Positions 12,270-24,330 of a stretch of 64,000 nucleotides of DNA are shown here, piece by piece; the first letter of the stretch is position 1; every line of letters begins with the position of its first letter. This stretch comes from Callorhinchus milii (Eukaryota). The DNA lies in contig NW_024704742.1 in assembly GCF_018977255.1 (NCBI RefSeq), forward strand, positions 105,960,001 through 106,024,000, in the 5' to 3' direction. Made by a program: the position numbers and the translations under genes. The notes below the pieces were generated by a model that ran no database searches, was not told the origin of the DNA, and worked only from the letters and a program-made list of their open reading frames with translations.

Positions 12270-12545
12270 TAATTCCAGATTGGATCCTTTATGTGCATTG
12301 AGTTAGTTGATTTCACTGTAATTGGTCTCAGTACTCAAGGTTAGTGAAACAGCAGGATTCCTGTTCCTGCAGATCACTATCCATCGACCCCTTGGAATTA
12401 TGCGTGTATGGATGACGGCTGCATCAGACTTGGCTGCAAAGCAAACAGTCACATTCAAGATTTACCCATGAATAATAGTCCCTTGGATTAGGCACTAGAA
12501 GGGAATTGGCGTCTGTGGAACCATAGTCTAGATAGAGGAAAAAAA
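12270..12545 (+). mobile_element. AmnSINE2-like relic
   Basis: TGAGTTAGTTGAT...ATTGGTCTCAGT...TTCCTGTTCCTG...ACTATCCATCGACCCC...TGTGGAACCATA. Confidence 0.6.
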
Positions 12546-12897
12546 GATCAAATATCTTGAAAAGGGGAAATTGCCAAGAAACAAAAAAAGAGTTTATTTT
12601 TATACTTCTGTTGTATTTCAGTTTCCATATATTTATTCTCGGATGGATGTGGCACTTTTACATTCCCTGATCTTTATTATTAACATATTTAACTCACTGC
12701 ACTTCTCATCAAGTTTTCATGTTTTAAAATAATAAAGCATATGCAGTAATAATCTCACTGCAGGAAAATTGTATTGGGGCAACTGCAAATAGCGTAAGAT
12801 TTCCAAATATTGGACACTTTATTGGACAATTTTAATTGCACTTTAAAATAACTACAGTAGGGTCTAATTTCAGAGATATACTAACCACATGTACAGG

Positions 12898-12898
<1 letters not shown>

Positions 12899-12972
<74 letters not shown>

Positions 12973-13380
12973 TCTTGCATTTGATATAGCACCTTTCACA
13001 TCTGGAGGAAGTCTCAAAACATTGCACAGGATTCACTGGAAAGTGTAGCAACTGAATATTTTGTTGACGAGTCCAGCAGGCAATTTGCACACAGCCATTT
13101 CCCATAAACATGAAGTGAGTGGCCAATTTTATTAGAGAATTGTTGGCCAGAACACCAGGAGAAATTCCTTTCTCTTTTCGAATAGTGCCATGGGATCTTT
13201 AACATCCACTGAAACAGGCAGACGGGACCTTGGTTTAATATCTCATCCAACGAATGGCACCTCCAACAATGCAGTACTCCCCAGTCTAGGCTATGTGAGT
13301 CCAAAGTCCTGATATGGGGTTTCAATCCACAAACTTCTGACTCAGAGACATAGAATGCTACCATCTGAGCCAGGTGGCAG
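12899..13380 (-). mobile_element. near full-length Deu-domain SINE with expanded (TTA)~24 tail
   Basis: tRNA-like head at 13320-13375; Deu core GAATAGTGCCATGGGATCTTTAACATCCAC; microsatellite tail at 12899-12972. Confidence 0.9.
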
Positions 13381-13439
13381 TGAACAGCCTAATTCCTTCC
13401 TTAAAATGTATCCAAATGCTAGAATATGACTAATTATAC

Positions 13440-14050
13440 CCCAATATCCTTTCTGCATGGACTTGCTCCATTCATTCTTGTAATGCTGATTTGCTGTGAA
13501 TAATACTCCTGCTTTTTTCCACTTCATCCAGCTCAAGCTTGTTGCCAAAAATATCTTCAGCTGCAAGACTTTTCTTTAGTACAAGTAGAAGTACAAGCTT
13601 TTCTATCATTTCTATCTCGAAACCCAATACAGAGACGATTGCTGTGTTTACACACCTATATGGAATGTCTATAATATGGACCAGGCTGAGGTCAGGGGCC
13701 TGCTTTGCTTAAACTAACATGGATCTTAGAACTCTAGAATTCATCTGTCAGCCATCCAGCATTGATGGCATTGCAGGCACATGAAACCTCCACTCTGGGT
13801 TCCACTATTCCCTGGAGACAAGTAATGCAAACTAAAAACACACTAGAGTATCATTTGGAAATGCTACTGTCATTCTATAATACAAGCTATGGCTAGGATG
13901 TTAAGTTGCCTTTGCAGGTTTAACTCCAGCATTTATACCTCGGTTTGCTTATGAAAATGGAGCCCATGCTGAATAACTCCAGAACAAAACCTGATAGTTA
14001 AGCAGAGCTGTTTCTTCAGTGACCTGGCAAGGCTGAAATGCATTTCCAGT
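13440..14050 (+). pseudogene. decayed pogo/Tigger-like (Tc1-mariner, DDE_1) transposase
   Basis: Manual translation gives colinear motifs: G(W)LHSFL, CQK, KLFYHF...YTPIWNVYNMDQ (13649-13684), MKPPL, G*-8aa-*LQHL (13891-13935), DLAR; many stops and frameshifts. Confidence 0.55.
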
Positions 14051-14117
14051 GCACGTGGAAACGTGGTTGTTCCAATAACAATGAAATCCAATCTTGTTCT
14101 GTCCACATCAATGGTTG

Positions 14118-14270
14118 AAAATTATGTTCTGTGTTGTGTGCATCACATTTGACACTGTCAGCTTGTAATGGGATTTCCAATATGGCCAAAGGCGCTGTAC
14201 GACTGCATTAGGAATCCCATTAATGACTGACATCGCCAAAGACAATGCAGGTAACAATGAATGGAATTTT
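14118..14270. repeat. degenerate palindrome (MITE-like hairpin)
   Basis: TGTCAG...TAATGGGATT pairs with AATCCCATTA...CTGACA; pairing extends out to AAAATT/AATTTT. Confidence 0.8.
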
Positions 14271-16344
14271 TACTCCCTGATGTTCACCCACGCACATCAG
14301 AGTGGGATTCTTTAGATATGAGCAAGCTGAGAACCTTAGCTATTTTTTTCCTTTCCAGTGGCATTTTTAGCAACACAACTGATACTCGACTGAGTTCAGG
14401 AAAGGAAAATAATTCAACAACAATAACAATTTACACTTATATAATGCCTTTTACTTTGGGCTTTTTAAAGTGCTCCACACAGCTGACTGGGAACTTGAGC
14501 TGGGGCGGGGAGTAGTGGGGCTCAGAGTAGGGTTGAAAAGGTAGGTCTTAAGGTGAGTTTTGAAAATGGCGGGTAGGTGGTAAGGCAGAGGGACTAGGAA
14601 ATGAAGTTCCAGAGAGCAGGAACAGATTCAAATCTGCAATGTCTGGTCACCTTGTGCCATTGGGGGAACCTGTTGATGTTGCTATATGCCCCACACACAT
14701 ACACAGTCAATCCATTTTACAATATATTCTGTGAAGTGCTTTGAGACTTGTCAATGATGTGATAAGGCGTTATATTGATGCAAAGATTATTATTATTATT
14801 GATACAATGCTTTTAACCCAGGCAGTCTAGCTCACATATGTAGCTCATGGATTTTAGTTCCCTCCAGCAATACCACATTGGATATAAATCTTTTGTTAAT
14901 TACTTTAAAATGCCATCTATTGAAAATTAACATTATACCAACAGAGCTCTTTGGAAAAGCATTTAAAGTTTAAAATTATACCTAAGGCTGCGATCACGTT
15001 TCAACTAAAATCTTTGAAAAGGCTATGGTGCAGAATTATTTTTTTCAGAAATAAATAACTGTGCAGGGCAATGGATAAAATGGTATTACTTCTGAATGCA
15101 TTTTTAAATCAACAAGGTTGATTGTCTGTGCAGAAAAGCTGGAAGCAGAGGTATAGCTTAATAGCCTTGTATTGCCTATGATGCTAATAATTCATACTTA
15201 TTTGGCCCATGCAATGGCTATCTAGTGTTTAAATATGAAGGGATGCAGTGAAGGGGCTGTTTTAGTTGTACTGTATGTTATTGTAAAAAGGCTACATTGG
15301 GTGTTTCAATTAATCTCTGCATACACAATAGATCTGCTCGTATAAGCAATATAAGAAAGTGGCTATGGGTGAGGGGAGGACAGCAGTTATTCTTTTAAGT
15401 ACTCAAGAACTGAGAGTGAAACCTGCATGCATGTAATGGCCAGTGAGCTCCTTAATACTGAATGACTTTATGAGCGAGACCAATGAGCAAGATGGGTTTT
15501 GGCCTTCTCAGTATTCAAGATTTGGGGTCCTTTGGCATTTCAAAATCAGACACAATGATTTGTTGGATAATTTCAAAATCTTTCTTAGAATACTAAAATC
15601 AGCATTAGATTTCTGGTTAAGTTTGAAGACAGCAATATAGATGTCTCAGTGGGATGACTGGAAGTTATTACATTTGCATTTTACACTCCTTGCTTGCACG
15701 GTGGGGTTTAAAAAGTCAGAGATCTGAATCATGATAAGTAATAGCCAGAACAAGCTGGCTGGTTATTCTGGGTAGCCATATGAATGCAACATTATGTATA
15801 TAAATTGTAAATAAATGACCTTGCCTACAGCTTCGTAATTCTGTACAGCCCTGATATGGCATGGTCTTCTTTGGGCCATTCAGCTCAGCCCATTCAGCTC
15901 AGCTGTAAAGCTAACACACAGCTCCACCTAACCAGGATGAATCTGGCTAGAGGTAACAATTACACTTTAAGTGACGCAACATTTAAGTTGAAAATATATC
16001 AATGAAAAGTAGAATTACCAACTTTATTCTGTCTGTTGCCATGACTAAGGCTTGTTTGTGGCTAAAAATAAATGTGCAAAACCAGAAACTTCTTTTACCT
16101 TTGGGGCCCAATTCACAGTATTTCTCATCTGATTTCTTAATGAAGAAATATGGAAGTCCATGATGCCCAGTTGCTGGAACATCGCTCTAATTCAATCTAT
16201 TTTCAGAGACAGTCAGCATGATGTAGATGATGAGCTGACAGTTGATAGGAGTTTCCACTCCAATTTCCAAACTAAGAAATGTAATATTATTGATCCCAAA
16301 TTTTGGCTTCCTTTCTGTGAAAAAAGTATTTTGTTTCCTGAAGA

Positions 16345-16580
16345 TGGGCTGGATTAGTAGATCTGAACAAGGTAGATGAAGTTTCAGTATCCTTGGGTTA
16401 GGAAGGGGAAAAAATTACCCAGGTTTCTGATCAATGCTACAGTGATTCCCGATTTCATGAATGTGGATATTACGGGTGAGGACAAGATCAGGCATAGCTG
16501 GGATGTCTTTTATTGTCTAAATAGTTGCTTGACATTCACTCTCTAGGCTAACATATGAAAATGGCTTCTTGAACTTGGTG
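16345..16580 (+). mobile_element. AmnSINE2-like relic
   Basis: TGGGTTAGGAAGGGGAAAAA...GGGTGAGGACAAGATCAGGC...CTAGGCTAACATATGAAAATGG. Confidence 0.65.
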
Positions 16581-17414
16581 CCTGCTAATCCCAACCTTCA
16601 AGCCAATTCCAATCTCTCTCTATTAAACTAAATTGCACAGCTCTGAGGTATATGTTACATACGTACCAGACATGCATCCAAACAGCATTTCATTCATTGG
16701 TTTTTGTGAGAGGAATTTCTTCAAGCTTTAGACCCCTCTGAATAGGCCAATTGTTGGCAGATATCCAGCTTGCAGTCAAGAAAGTAAAAGAGTAATGGAA
16801 CTCATAACACAGTCAAAATCGCCAGAACAAGGAGGTACAGACTTGTACGCAGAAGAGGGATGATGAGCAGATAGTTCAGATTTAATTATTTTACACAGAG
16901 TGATGAATATGTGAAATGGACCACCCAGGATGGCAGATCGTCAGTAAAATCAAGAGGGAATTTGTTGATGTCTACATTATTTGGTGAAGAGTTAATTTGA
17001 GAGTGTCAGAGATAGTGCAAGATTATTTATTATTTGTAATTTCATTTATTTTTACTTTGGGATAGGTCTTTTCCAGTCCTTATACTTTCTTATGCTCTTA
17101 TGCAACAAAGTGAAGGAAGATCCTTCAAGATGGAAGCTTTGGTTTCCATTGACTGCTTCTGTGATAAAGAATCCATCTTCATGTTTTCATCATTCTTATT
17201 ATTACCTGGCAAAGAAAATCAAAATTGATGACGATTGATGGCTGGAATTGACTGATAGGTAACATGCTGGTGTGAGATAATGTTATTGAGTGTGAAGGGC
17301 TTATCTTATATACAATATTTGGTGGTACATTACAGGCAGCATTTCTGAACTAAGTAAAATAAATCACTTTATATTTCTCAACTAATTGCTAAAAATACAT
17401 ATGCTTCATAAGGA

Positions 17415-17570
17415 AGTGCAGATCATCCAGAACTCAATAGCTTGTATTGTCTACCACACCAGGCTCCACAAGCCTGTCACCACCATCCTCACTTGGCTCC
17501 ACTGGCTCCTCATCCCCCAATGCATTGAATTCAAGATCCTCGTCCTCAGTTTCAAATTCTTCCATGACCT
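17415..17570 (+). mobile_element. L2 ORF2 fragment
   Basis: QIIQNS...LHWL.IPQCIEFKILVL. Confidence 0.85.
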
Positions 17571-17589
17571 ATGGCAGGAGACTGAAGTA

Positions 17590-18440
17590 GGCCAGTGTTC
17601 ACTAAGCAGATGGACTGGCTGGATCGGTTGGGTTGTAGGAGATTACAGTATTTCTTGCCAACCTGCACCTAATACTTTCCGGAATTAGGTAAGCAGGATG
17701 TATCCCTCCAGGGAGAGCGTGCACATTCCATTTGAACAATCTATCCGTGGAATTTCCATGTGTCGTAGGATGCATGGAAATCTCAGTTTGGTTTGGATAC
17801 TCTGAAGCATGATGGTGGGTTATTGCATTTGTCAGACACCTGGCTGACCAAAAAAAATTACTTCATGGCTATTTCATTTCATTACTTCATGGCTATTTGC
17901 ATTTGTAAATATTGAAGCCGGCCTGCCAGCCGACATATGTAGAAACTCATAATACGTCCAAATCATGAATTCCACATATGTATGCCACCTTTACATAGAA
18001 ATTGATTGGGTAGAAAATCACTGGATAGAATACTCACTCCATACCTGTTTATGTAACTCTGGAGGGAATTAGGCACAGATTGGCATGAACCAAGGCTTGG
18101 AGACCCCAGACTGTGTGGTGGAGTGCTGCTGGATTTTAACCAGCTAAAACAGCATAGCTTGCCATTGAGAATCCTGTTTGGTAAGCTTTCTGCTCACTGT
18201 CCTGCAAGAACCACCCTAGCCATTAGAACTATGCCTTTCAGGGTTAATGGGAGCTGGGTTGGAAGAATCTCTGCTTCCAGTGACTAGTCTGCGCTTCAAA
18301 GTCCTGCCACTGAGCCAGGATGGATGGGCTGTCAACAGTAGTACCATGGAGTACTGTGGACTTGCTTGGCTCAGGAACGAGACTACTGAGACCTTCAGAG
18401 GATTGAGTCTATTCCGACATTCCGTCGCCAATTTTACCTT
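17590..18440. repeat. two family X fragments in opposite orientation (17590-17860 +, 18040-18440 -)
   Basis: Homology to 4230-4722 and 32220-32760. Confidence 0.7.
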
Positions 18441-19414
18441 CCAGTGTGCTCAGCAACAAGGAAACCCTGCTTAACTTGCTCCTCAAGAAGTTTTTTGTAA
18501 TCTCTTTAGGAATTACAGAGAGCCGACTTCAAAGAGTTGAATTCAGAAGTTTGCCAAAATCTGGACACTAAAATGCTATGCAAATGGAGCAAATCTAGAT
18601 GGAATTTCTCTCCATATACATCAATATATGTCAATTCTGTTCTCAAGCAGTTAGCTATTCATTGTTTTTTGAAAGAATTAATGAATATATAAGCTGATTT
18701 TGTTGGGAATTGGCTCCACATGTCTACCACTTTCCCTGGGCAAAAAATCTTCTAACCTCCAGTCTTGCCTGAGGCCTTTGTATTATAAATGTATGTCCTC
18801 AAGTTCTGCTTTCATGGTCAAATTGGTTGGTTATAACTCCCTCATTTGTGCTTCTCATCATTTTATAGCTTATTGATGTTGCCCATCAATAGATTGAGTT
18901 CAGCTTTTGAGCCTCACTTCATAATTTAGAGCTGTAAGTACTGGAATCATTCATCCATATGAAAAAGTGATTGTAGCTATCTCTGGTATATTAAAGGGTA
19001 TTAGGCAGCAGGCTGGAGAGTGGGATTACATGAAGTGGCTCCTGTGAAGAAAAACACCAGTGCAGATTTACTGGACCAAATGGCCTTTTTCTTTGCTGTA
19101 AGTCCATGTGAAAGTGTATGATATTCCTTAAATGTTCCCATTGTCTGTTCAGGCGGACATTTATAGATCCTAAGACACTATTCGAAAAAAAGGGGAAGTT
19201 CCTCCTGGTATCAGCACCTTGGGACGTCCTCTCGGCATGAAAAGCACTCTACAAGTGTAATTTTGTTGTTGTTGTTGTTGTCCTGTCCAACAATTCATTG
19301 CCCCGCAAATAAAATTGGTCATTCACTTCATGGCTGTTTGTTTGACTTTGCTGTATGCAAATAGGCTGCCACATTCAGCTACACTACAGTCACTACAATG
19401 ACAACAACAACAAC

Positions 19415-20055
19415 ATTTATCCATTTCCGTCAATGCCTCTCACCGCAGGCCGACAAGACCCTGATCCACGCTTTCATTATGTCTCGCCAACTGCCTGCTC
19501 ACTGGACTTCCCAACTCTTCCCTCCACAAGCTGCAGATTATTCAGAACTCTGCAGCTCATGCTCTCTCCTGCACCAGGCTCCGGGAACTTATCACCGCCA
19601 TTCTTGCCGACTTCACTGGCTCCCCATTCCTCAGAGAATCAAGTACAAAACCCTCGTTCTTACCTTTAAGGGCCTGCACTGTCTTGCTCCTCCCTAATTC
19701 TCTGACCTCATAACCCCATATCAGCCTGTCCACTCCCTCCCCTCGGCGGACACCGGCCTACTTAAGGCTTCTGGCACTCCCAGGCTCATCATTGCTGGTC
19801 AGGCATTCAGCATCTCTGCCCCCACACTCTGGAACTCTATCCCGCAATCCCTCTGCCTCACCCCCTCTCTTGCCTCCTTCAAGTCCCGTCTGGAGACTTT
19901 CTTCTTTGATCGTGCCTTTGGCCACCCTCCCACCCCCACCATCCTCCTCCCTTTCTGACCCCAACTCCCAGCTTGGATCTAAAATCCCTGATTGTCCAGC
20001 GCCTGGGATATCTTTCTGACATGAATGGCACTATACAAGTGTAATTTGTTGTCAA
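19415..20055 (+). mobile_element. L2 3' fragment
   Basis: TLIHAFI...[13 protein letters not shown]; tail at 20020-20055. Confidence 0.9.
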
Positions 20056-20059
20056 TAAG

Positions 20060-21255
20060 AATAAAGTGACTTTCACATTAGGAGGATGTTCGAGGCACAG
20101 GACAGCGAAAGGTTTGCACATGGGATGGGAGCTGGAGTCAAGAGGAGGAAAGGGGTGCAGGTGGAAAGATAACCAAATGGCCAGTCAATAAGGAAGGTCT
20201 TCAGACTGGCCTTGAAGGAGGCAATGAAGTGTGCAAAACAGAGGGGCTCAGGGATGGAGTTCCAGCGGATGAGGGCAGAAAGGCTGAAAGACCAACCTCC
20301 GATGGTGGAACAGGCAGGGTGGGGGATATGAAGGCATAGATAAGGGTCTTGGCAGCCTGTGGGGAGAGGTAATGGCAGAGGCAAGCAAGGCTGTGGAGGT
20401 GAGGGAAGGCAGAATGGGTCATGGCACGGATGTGGGGTTTAAAAGACAATAGAAGGTCGAACAACACACCAAGGTCCTCTACTGGCTTAGTTAGGTGGAG
20501 AGTGCATCCATGGATGGTGATGCTGCCAGTGCCTGAGGTGAGAAGGGCCTCGGTCTTGTCGACATTCAACTGTAGAAAGTTAGCTCTCATCCAGGACTTG
20601 TCTGACAGACACTCCATCAGGACAGCAGTGGTCCTGGAGTCGAGGGTGGAGGCAGAGGGATAGAGTTGGGTGTCAACCGCATACATCTGGAAGTTAACTG
20701 CATGCCCGTAGACAATATCACCAAGCAGGAGCAAACAATAATAATAATAATCCTTGCAGTTGATACAACACCTTATCACATCTTCGCAATGTCTCAAAGC
20801 ACTTCACAGGATATACTGTAAAGTGTAGTGACCTATATTTTGTGGGCAACAACGCACAGCAGTGTCCCTCAAATAGTCATGCATAGAGTGACAAAATTAT
20901 TTTTATTATTATTATTTTGAAGGTAAATATTAAAAAGGAGGACCAAAGTCAGAGGCGAGCTCTGGGGAATGCTGCATGTAAAGGTACGAGGGCTGGAGGA
21001 GAAGCCATTGGTAGATACAAATTGAAGGTGATGAGAAAGGTAAGAATGAAACCAGACAAAAACAGAACCAGGAAGGTGGAGCTGAGAGGAGAGGCGGTAG
21101 AGAAGAATGAAGTGGTCGACAGTATTGAAGGCAGCAGAGAGTTCGAGAAGGACAAGGAGACAGAGAGAGCCCTGGTCACAAGTGGACATAATGTCATTTG
21201 TTACTTTGACTAAGACTGTCTCTGTACTATAGGTAGGATGGAAACTCGAGTGGAA
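20060..21255 (-). mobile_element. internally deleted L2 interrupted by a tRNA-Ala SINE fragment (20736-20918, -)
   Basis: LLVLLELSAAFNTVDH, NFQMYAVDTQLY and NFLQLNVDKTE peptides. Confidence 0.9.
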
Positions 21256-22377
21256 CTATACTTTATAATAAATCTTATGAGGCACTTTGAAGCAATGGTG
21301 TAAAAGGCCCTATATCAAATGGAAAGATTATTAGTATTACAACCAATAATAAAAATTAGAACAGGAGGTAATTTTAATGTTGTGATTGTATATCAATTAT
21401 CGCCCCAATGGGTAGCGCTTACTGTGGATTTAAAATCCTACCTTCACACTCAACCTGCTGTAATATATTGAATGGCCATTTGATGGCAGTTTCCTGGCCC
21501 TTCACTTACTCTCCTCCCACCTGCCGCCCGCCCACCGTCTTATGTTTTTCAAACTGATCTGCCACCATTTTGGATTTCCAGACTTCAGATGACAGGCCAA
21601 AGATTTTTCAAAACAATAATATATCCATTCATAATTGAGGTCACCGCCTCCATTAGGTCCAGACTCCAACATCAATGCTGACAGAATATTTTGTGGGCTG
21701 GAGAGAGTGTGAATTTCATCACTCATCTAAAGATTAAGCCTTGAGAAAATAAAGACCCCACTATCTGTTAGCCAAAACAATACAACAGCAAAATTACATT
21801 TGAAGGTGCCTTTCAAGTAGGGAGGACATCCAAAGGTGCTGGACAGTCAGTGCTTTGGACCTGAGCTGGGGGTTGAGACAGGAGAGGTTGGATGGCGGGG
21901 GTGAAGGAGGGTGAGAGTATTGAGATGGGTCCAAATAACAAAGCAATGGATTGCCACCTCAAAGCTGGGAATCTGAGATGGCAGCTGGTCAGTTTGCAAA
22001 TCAGAACAGTCAGTGTTCTGCCATCTGGTGATCATGGATAAATTTACGAAAGAACAATTGAGGAACAATTAGGAATGCCATGAATTTTCCCTGTTATTCT
22101 ATGACTCTTGATGCTGGGATTTCAACTTCGTTGTGGTTGTGCACGGTGGTTGTGGTTGAAAGCCAAACATCTGAGAATTTTAGGCAGATGGCTGTTGGTT
22201 ATATATGAAGAATTAACCAGGTGTGCATCACACCTCTGAAATTCTTGAAAATCACCAATATTGGAAAACATGCCATGAATTCCCATTAGCTGTCATCTCC
22301 AGTGAGTACTATCACTGCGATAAATGGCAGGTCTGCTCTGAGCTCATAGGAACGGAGGATCGCATGGGAAACAAAAA

Positions 22378-23480
22378 TCTTTGTGGTCCATCTGGTCAAC
22401 CAGCTGCTTGTCCTTAGAGGCTTTGTGTACTGTTAACTCTGTGAGATGTGTTGTTTTATAAGATCATCTGGAATCCAATCGAGTAGTAGTTGCGGCATAC
22501 TGACAACACCATGTGAAGAACAACCCTCAGAACTGCTTTCAATCACTATAGAGGCACTATGGTGTCCATATATTCTCTCCTGTCCTTGCCTTTCATGCAA
22601 TTGTATGGAATAAGAGCTGAGCTTCTCATTTTCACATAGATTTGTAAGAAAATCTTATTACGAGAACTAAAGACGTTTGTTCTCTGCCAAGCAAACCTGC
22701 TTTGACATTTACTACTAAAACTGACATCTCTGTCATTTCAGTTTCAGAGCTTCACTATGCTGAGTGAACACGTTTAGAATGTGAATTTATATTTTATCGA
22801 ATCAAAGGTTTTCTTATATAGTTGAAAAAATCATAAATTTTACATTCATGTCAGCTTTTTAATTTAATCAGTTTCATAATGTGAATTGTGTCGCTATTTC
22901 TTCTGGGGGCTTATAATAGTTTCTTGCCATTTATTTAATTCGTAGCCAATTTCCAGATTACCCACTTATCAAATTCAGTTGGTAAAATGCTGATGTAATC
23001 TTCTCATCTTTTCATAAATTTAAATATATGGAATTTGTCATTTTAGCTCAATTTAAACTAATTAGTGCAATAAAAATGCTTTCATCTGGACATAAATTAT
23101 TAGAGGACTGCGACCACTTAAGAGTGTCTGCCTGTCTCAGTGGCTTGTAATGAGGGCCGTTATTTACCTTGTAGACTAAAAGCCATCACTGCCATCCTAC
23201 AGTTATTGATATTGTACAAGGAGTTTTATCCCATCAATTGTGAAAAGATGAAAGGGTCGGCATTTGTTTTCATTTTAATAAGACAAATGGAGGATAATGT
23301 TGGTATCAGTTACGTGCACTTTCTTTGTGGTGGATGGAGATCAGCTGCTTGTCCTTAGAGTTTCTGTGCACTGTTAACTCTGTGAAATGTGCTGTTTTAT
23401 AATAACATATGGAGTCCAATTGAGAAGTACTTGAAAACACGATGTGAAGGACAGCCCTCAGAATTGCTTTCAAACATTGT
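22378..23480. repeat. direct repeat pair, ~160 bp (22378-22545 and 23323-23480)
   Basis: CAGCTGCTTGTCCTTAGAG...CTGTTAACTCTGTGA...ATGTGAAG..CAxCCCTCAGAA in both copies. Confidence 0.9.
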
Positions 23481-23619
23481 GTGCTCCAGATTGGCACTTA
23501 TTAAAGGATATAATATATTTTAGAATGATTGAGGGAGGGAGTGAGTAAAAAAATCACTGAGCTCTCTCAGTGTTGATGAAGTGATTGTCAAGAGTAATAT
23601 CAAGCCATAGAGACGTTGG

Positions 23620-24330
23620 TTCAGGAGTATCCCCTGTTCAGTCCTTGGCCTGCGCTGAGTTAAAATTTAGTAAAGGTGCTGTGATTGGCTTAATGTCGCT
23701 GCGAGAGAAGGAAAACATCAGCCAGGATTATCGCTCTTTATTCCAACCCACGGAGCCTCAGCTGGAAAGAGTAGGAATTTGGGACTTGGAACTTGTAGTC
23801 CATGTTGACATTCCAAGGAAGCACTGGGGATATACTATGTTATAGGAGGTGCTGTTCTTTGGAAGAAACATTAAACCAAATTCTATCCGCTGGTTCAGGT
23901 GGACATTAAAGATCTTATTTGAAAGGACAAGTGAGTTTCTTCCAACTAACATTCCCCCCAAATAGATTGGTTATTGTTTCATGGGTCATTTGTGGGTCAT
24001 TGTTATGTGTAAAAGGGCTGCCGGTTTTGCCTACAAAATACACTGTTGTTCTAAATTACTCCACCATAAATCCTGTGAAGCGCTATGAGATGTCCTCTCG
24101 ACATGATGCAAGTATTATTAGTATTATTGTTACACGGACATAGGTGGGAACAAGATCAGGTTTGGCTGTGATGTCCGCTCCATGATTGACCAGCATGGCA
24201 GCACTCACTCCAGGATGACGCATGAAGAACATCTATTTGCACGATGTATCAGAGGGTGACCAGCGATGGTGGAACCTGCATTGCAGCATGGACCTCACTT
24301 GGTGGCTGAGAAAGGAGAAGATGGGGCGAG
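23620..24330 (+). mobile_element. AmnSINE2-like element split by a Deu SINE (~23790-24130, +)
   Basis: 5' half ends GCTGGAAAGAGT; 3' half resumes GGACATAGGTGGGAACAAGATCAGG; Deu core and tail lie between. Confidence 0.7.

Noticed and set aside
12832..13126. Poly-Ile and poly-Tyr ORFs
   Set aside because: Translation of the (AAT)n SINE tail
13475..13710. Minus-strand open frame ...SLAAEDIFGNKLELDEVEK...
   Set aside because: No recognisable homolog; better explained as the antisense of the pogo-like relic
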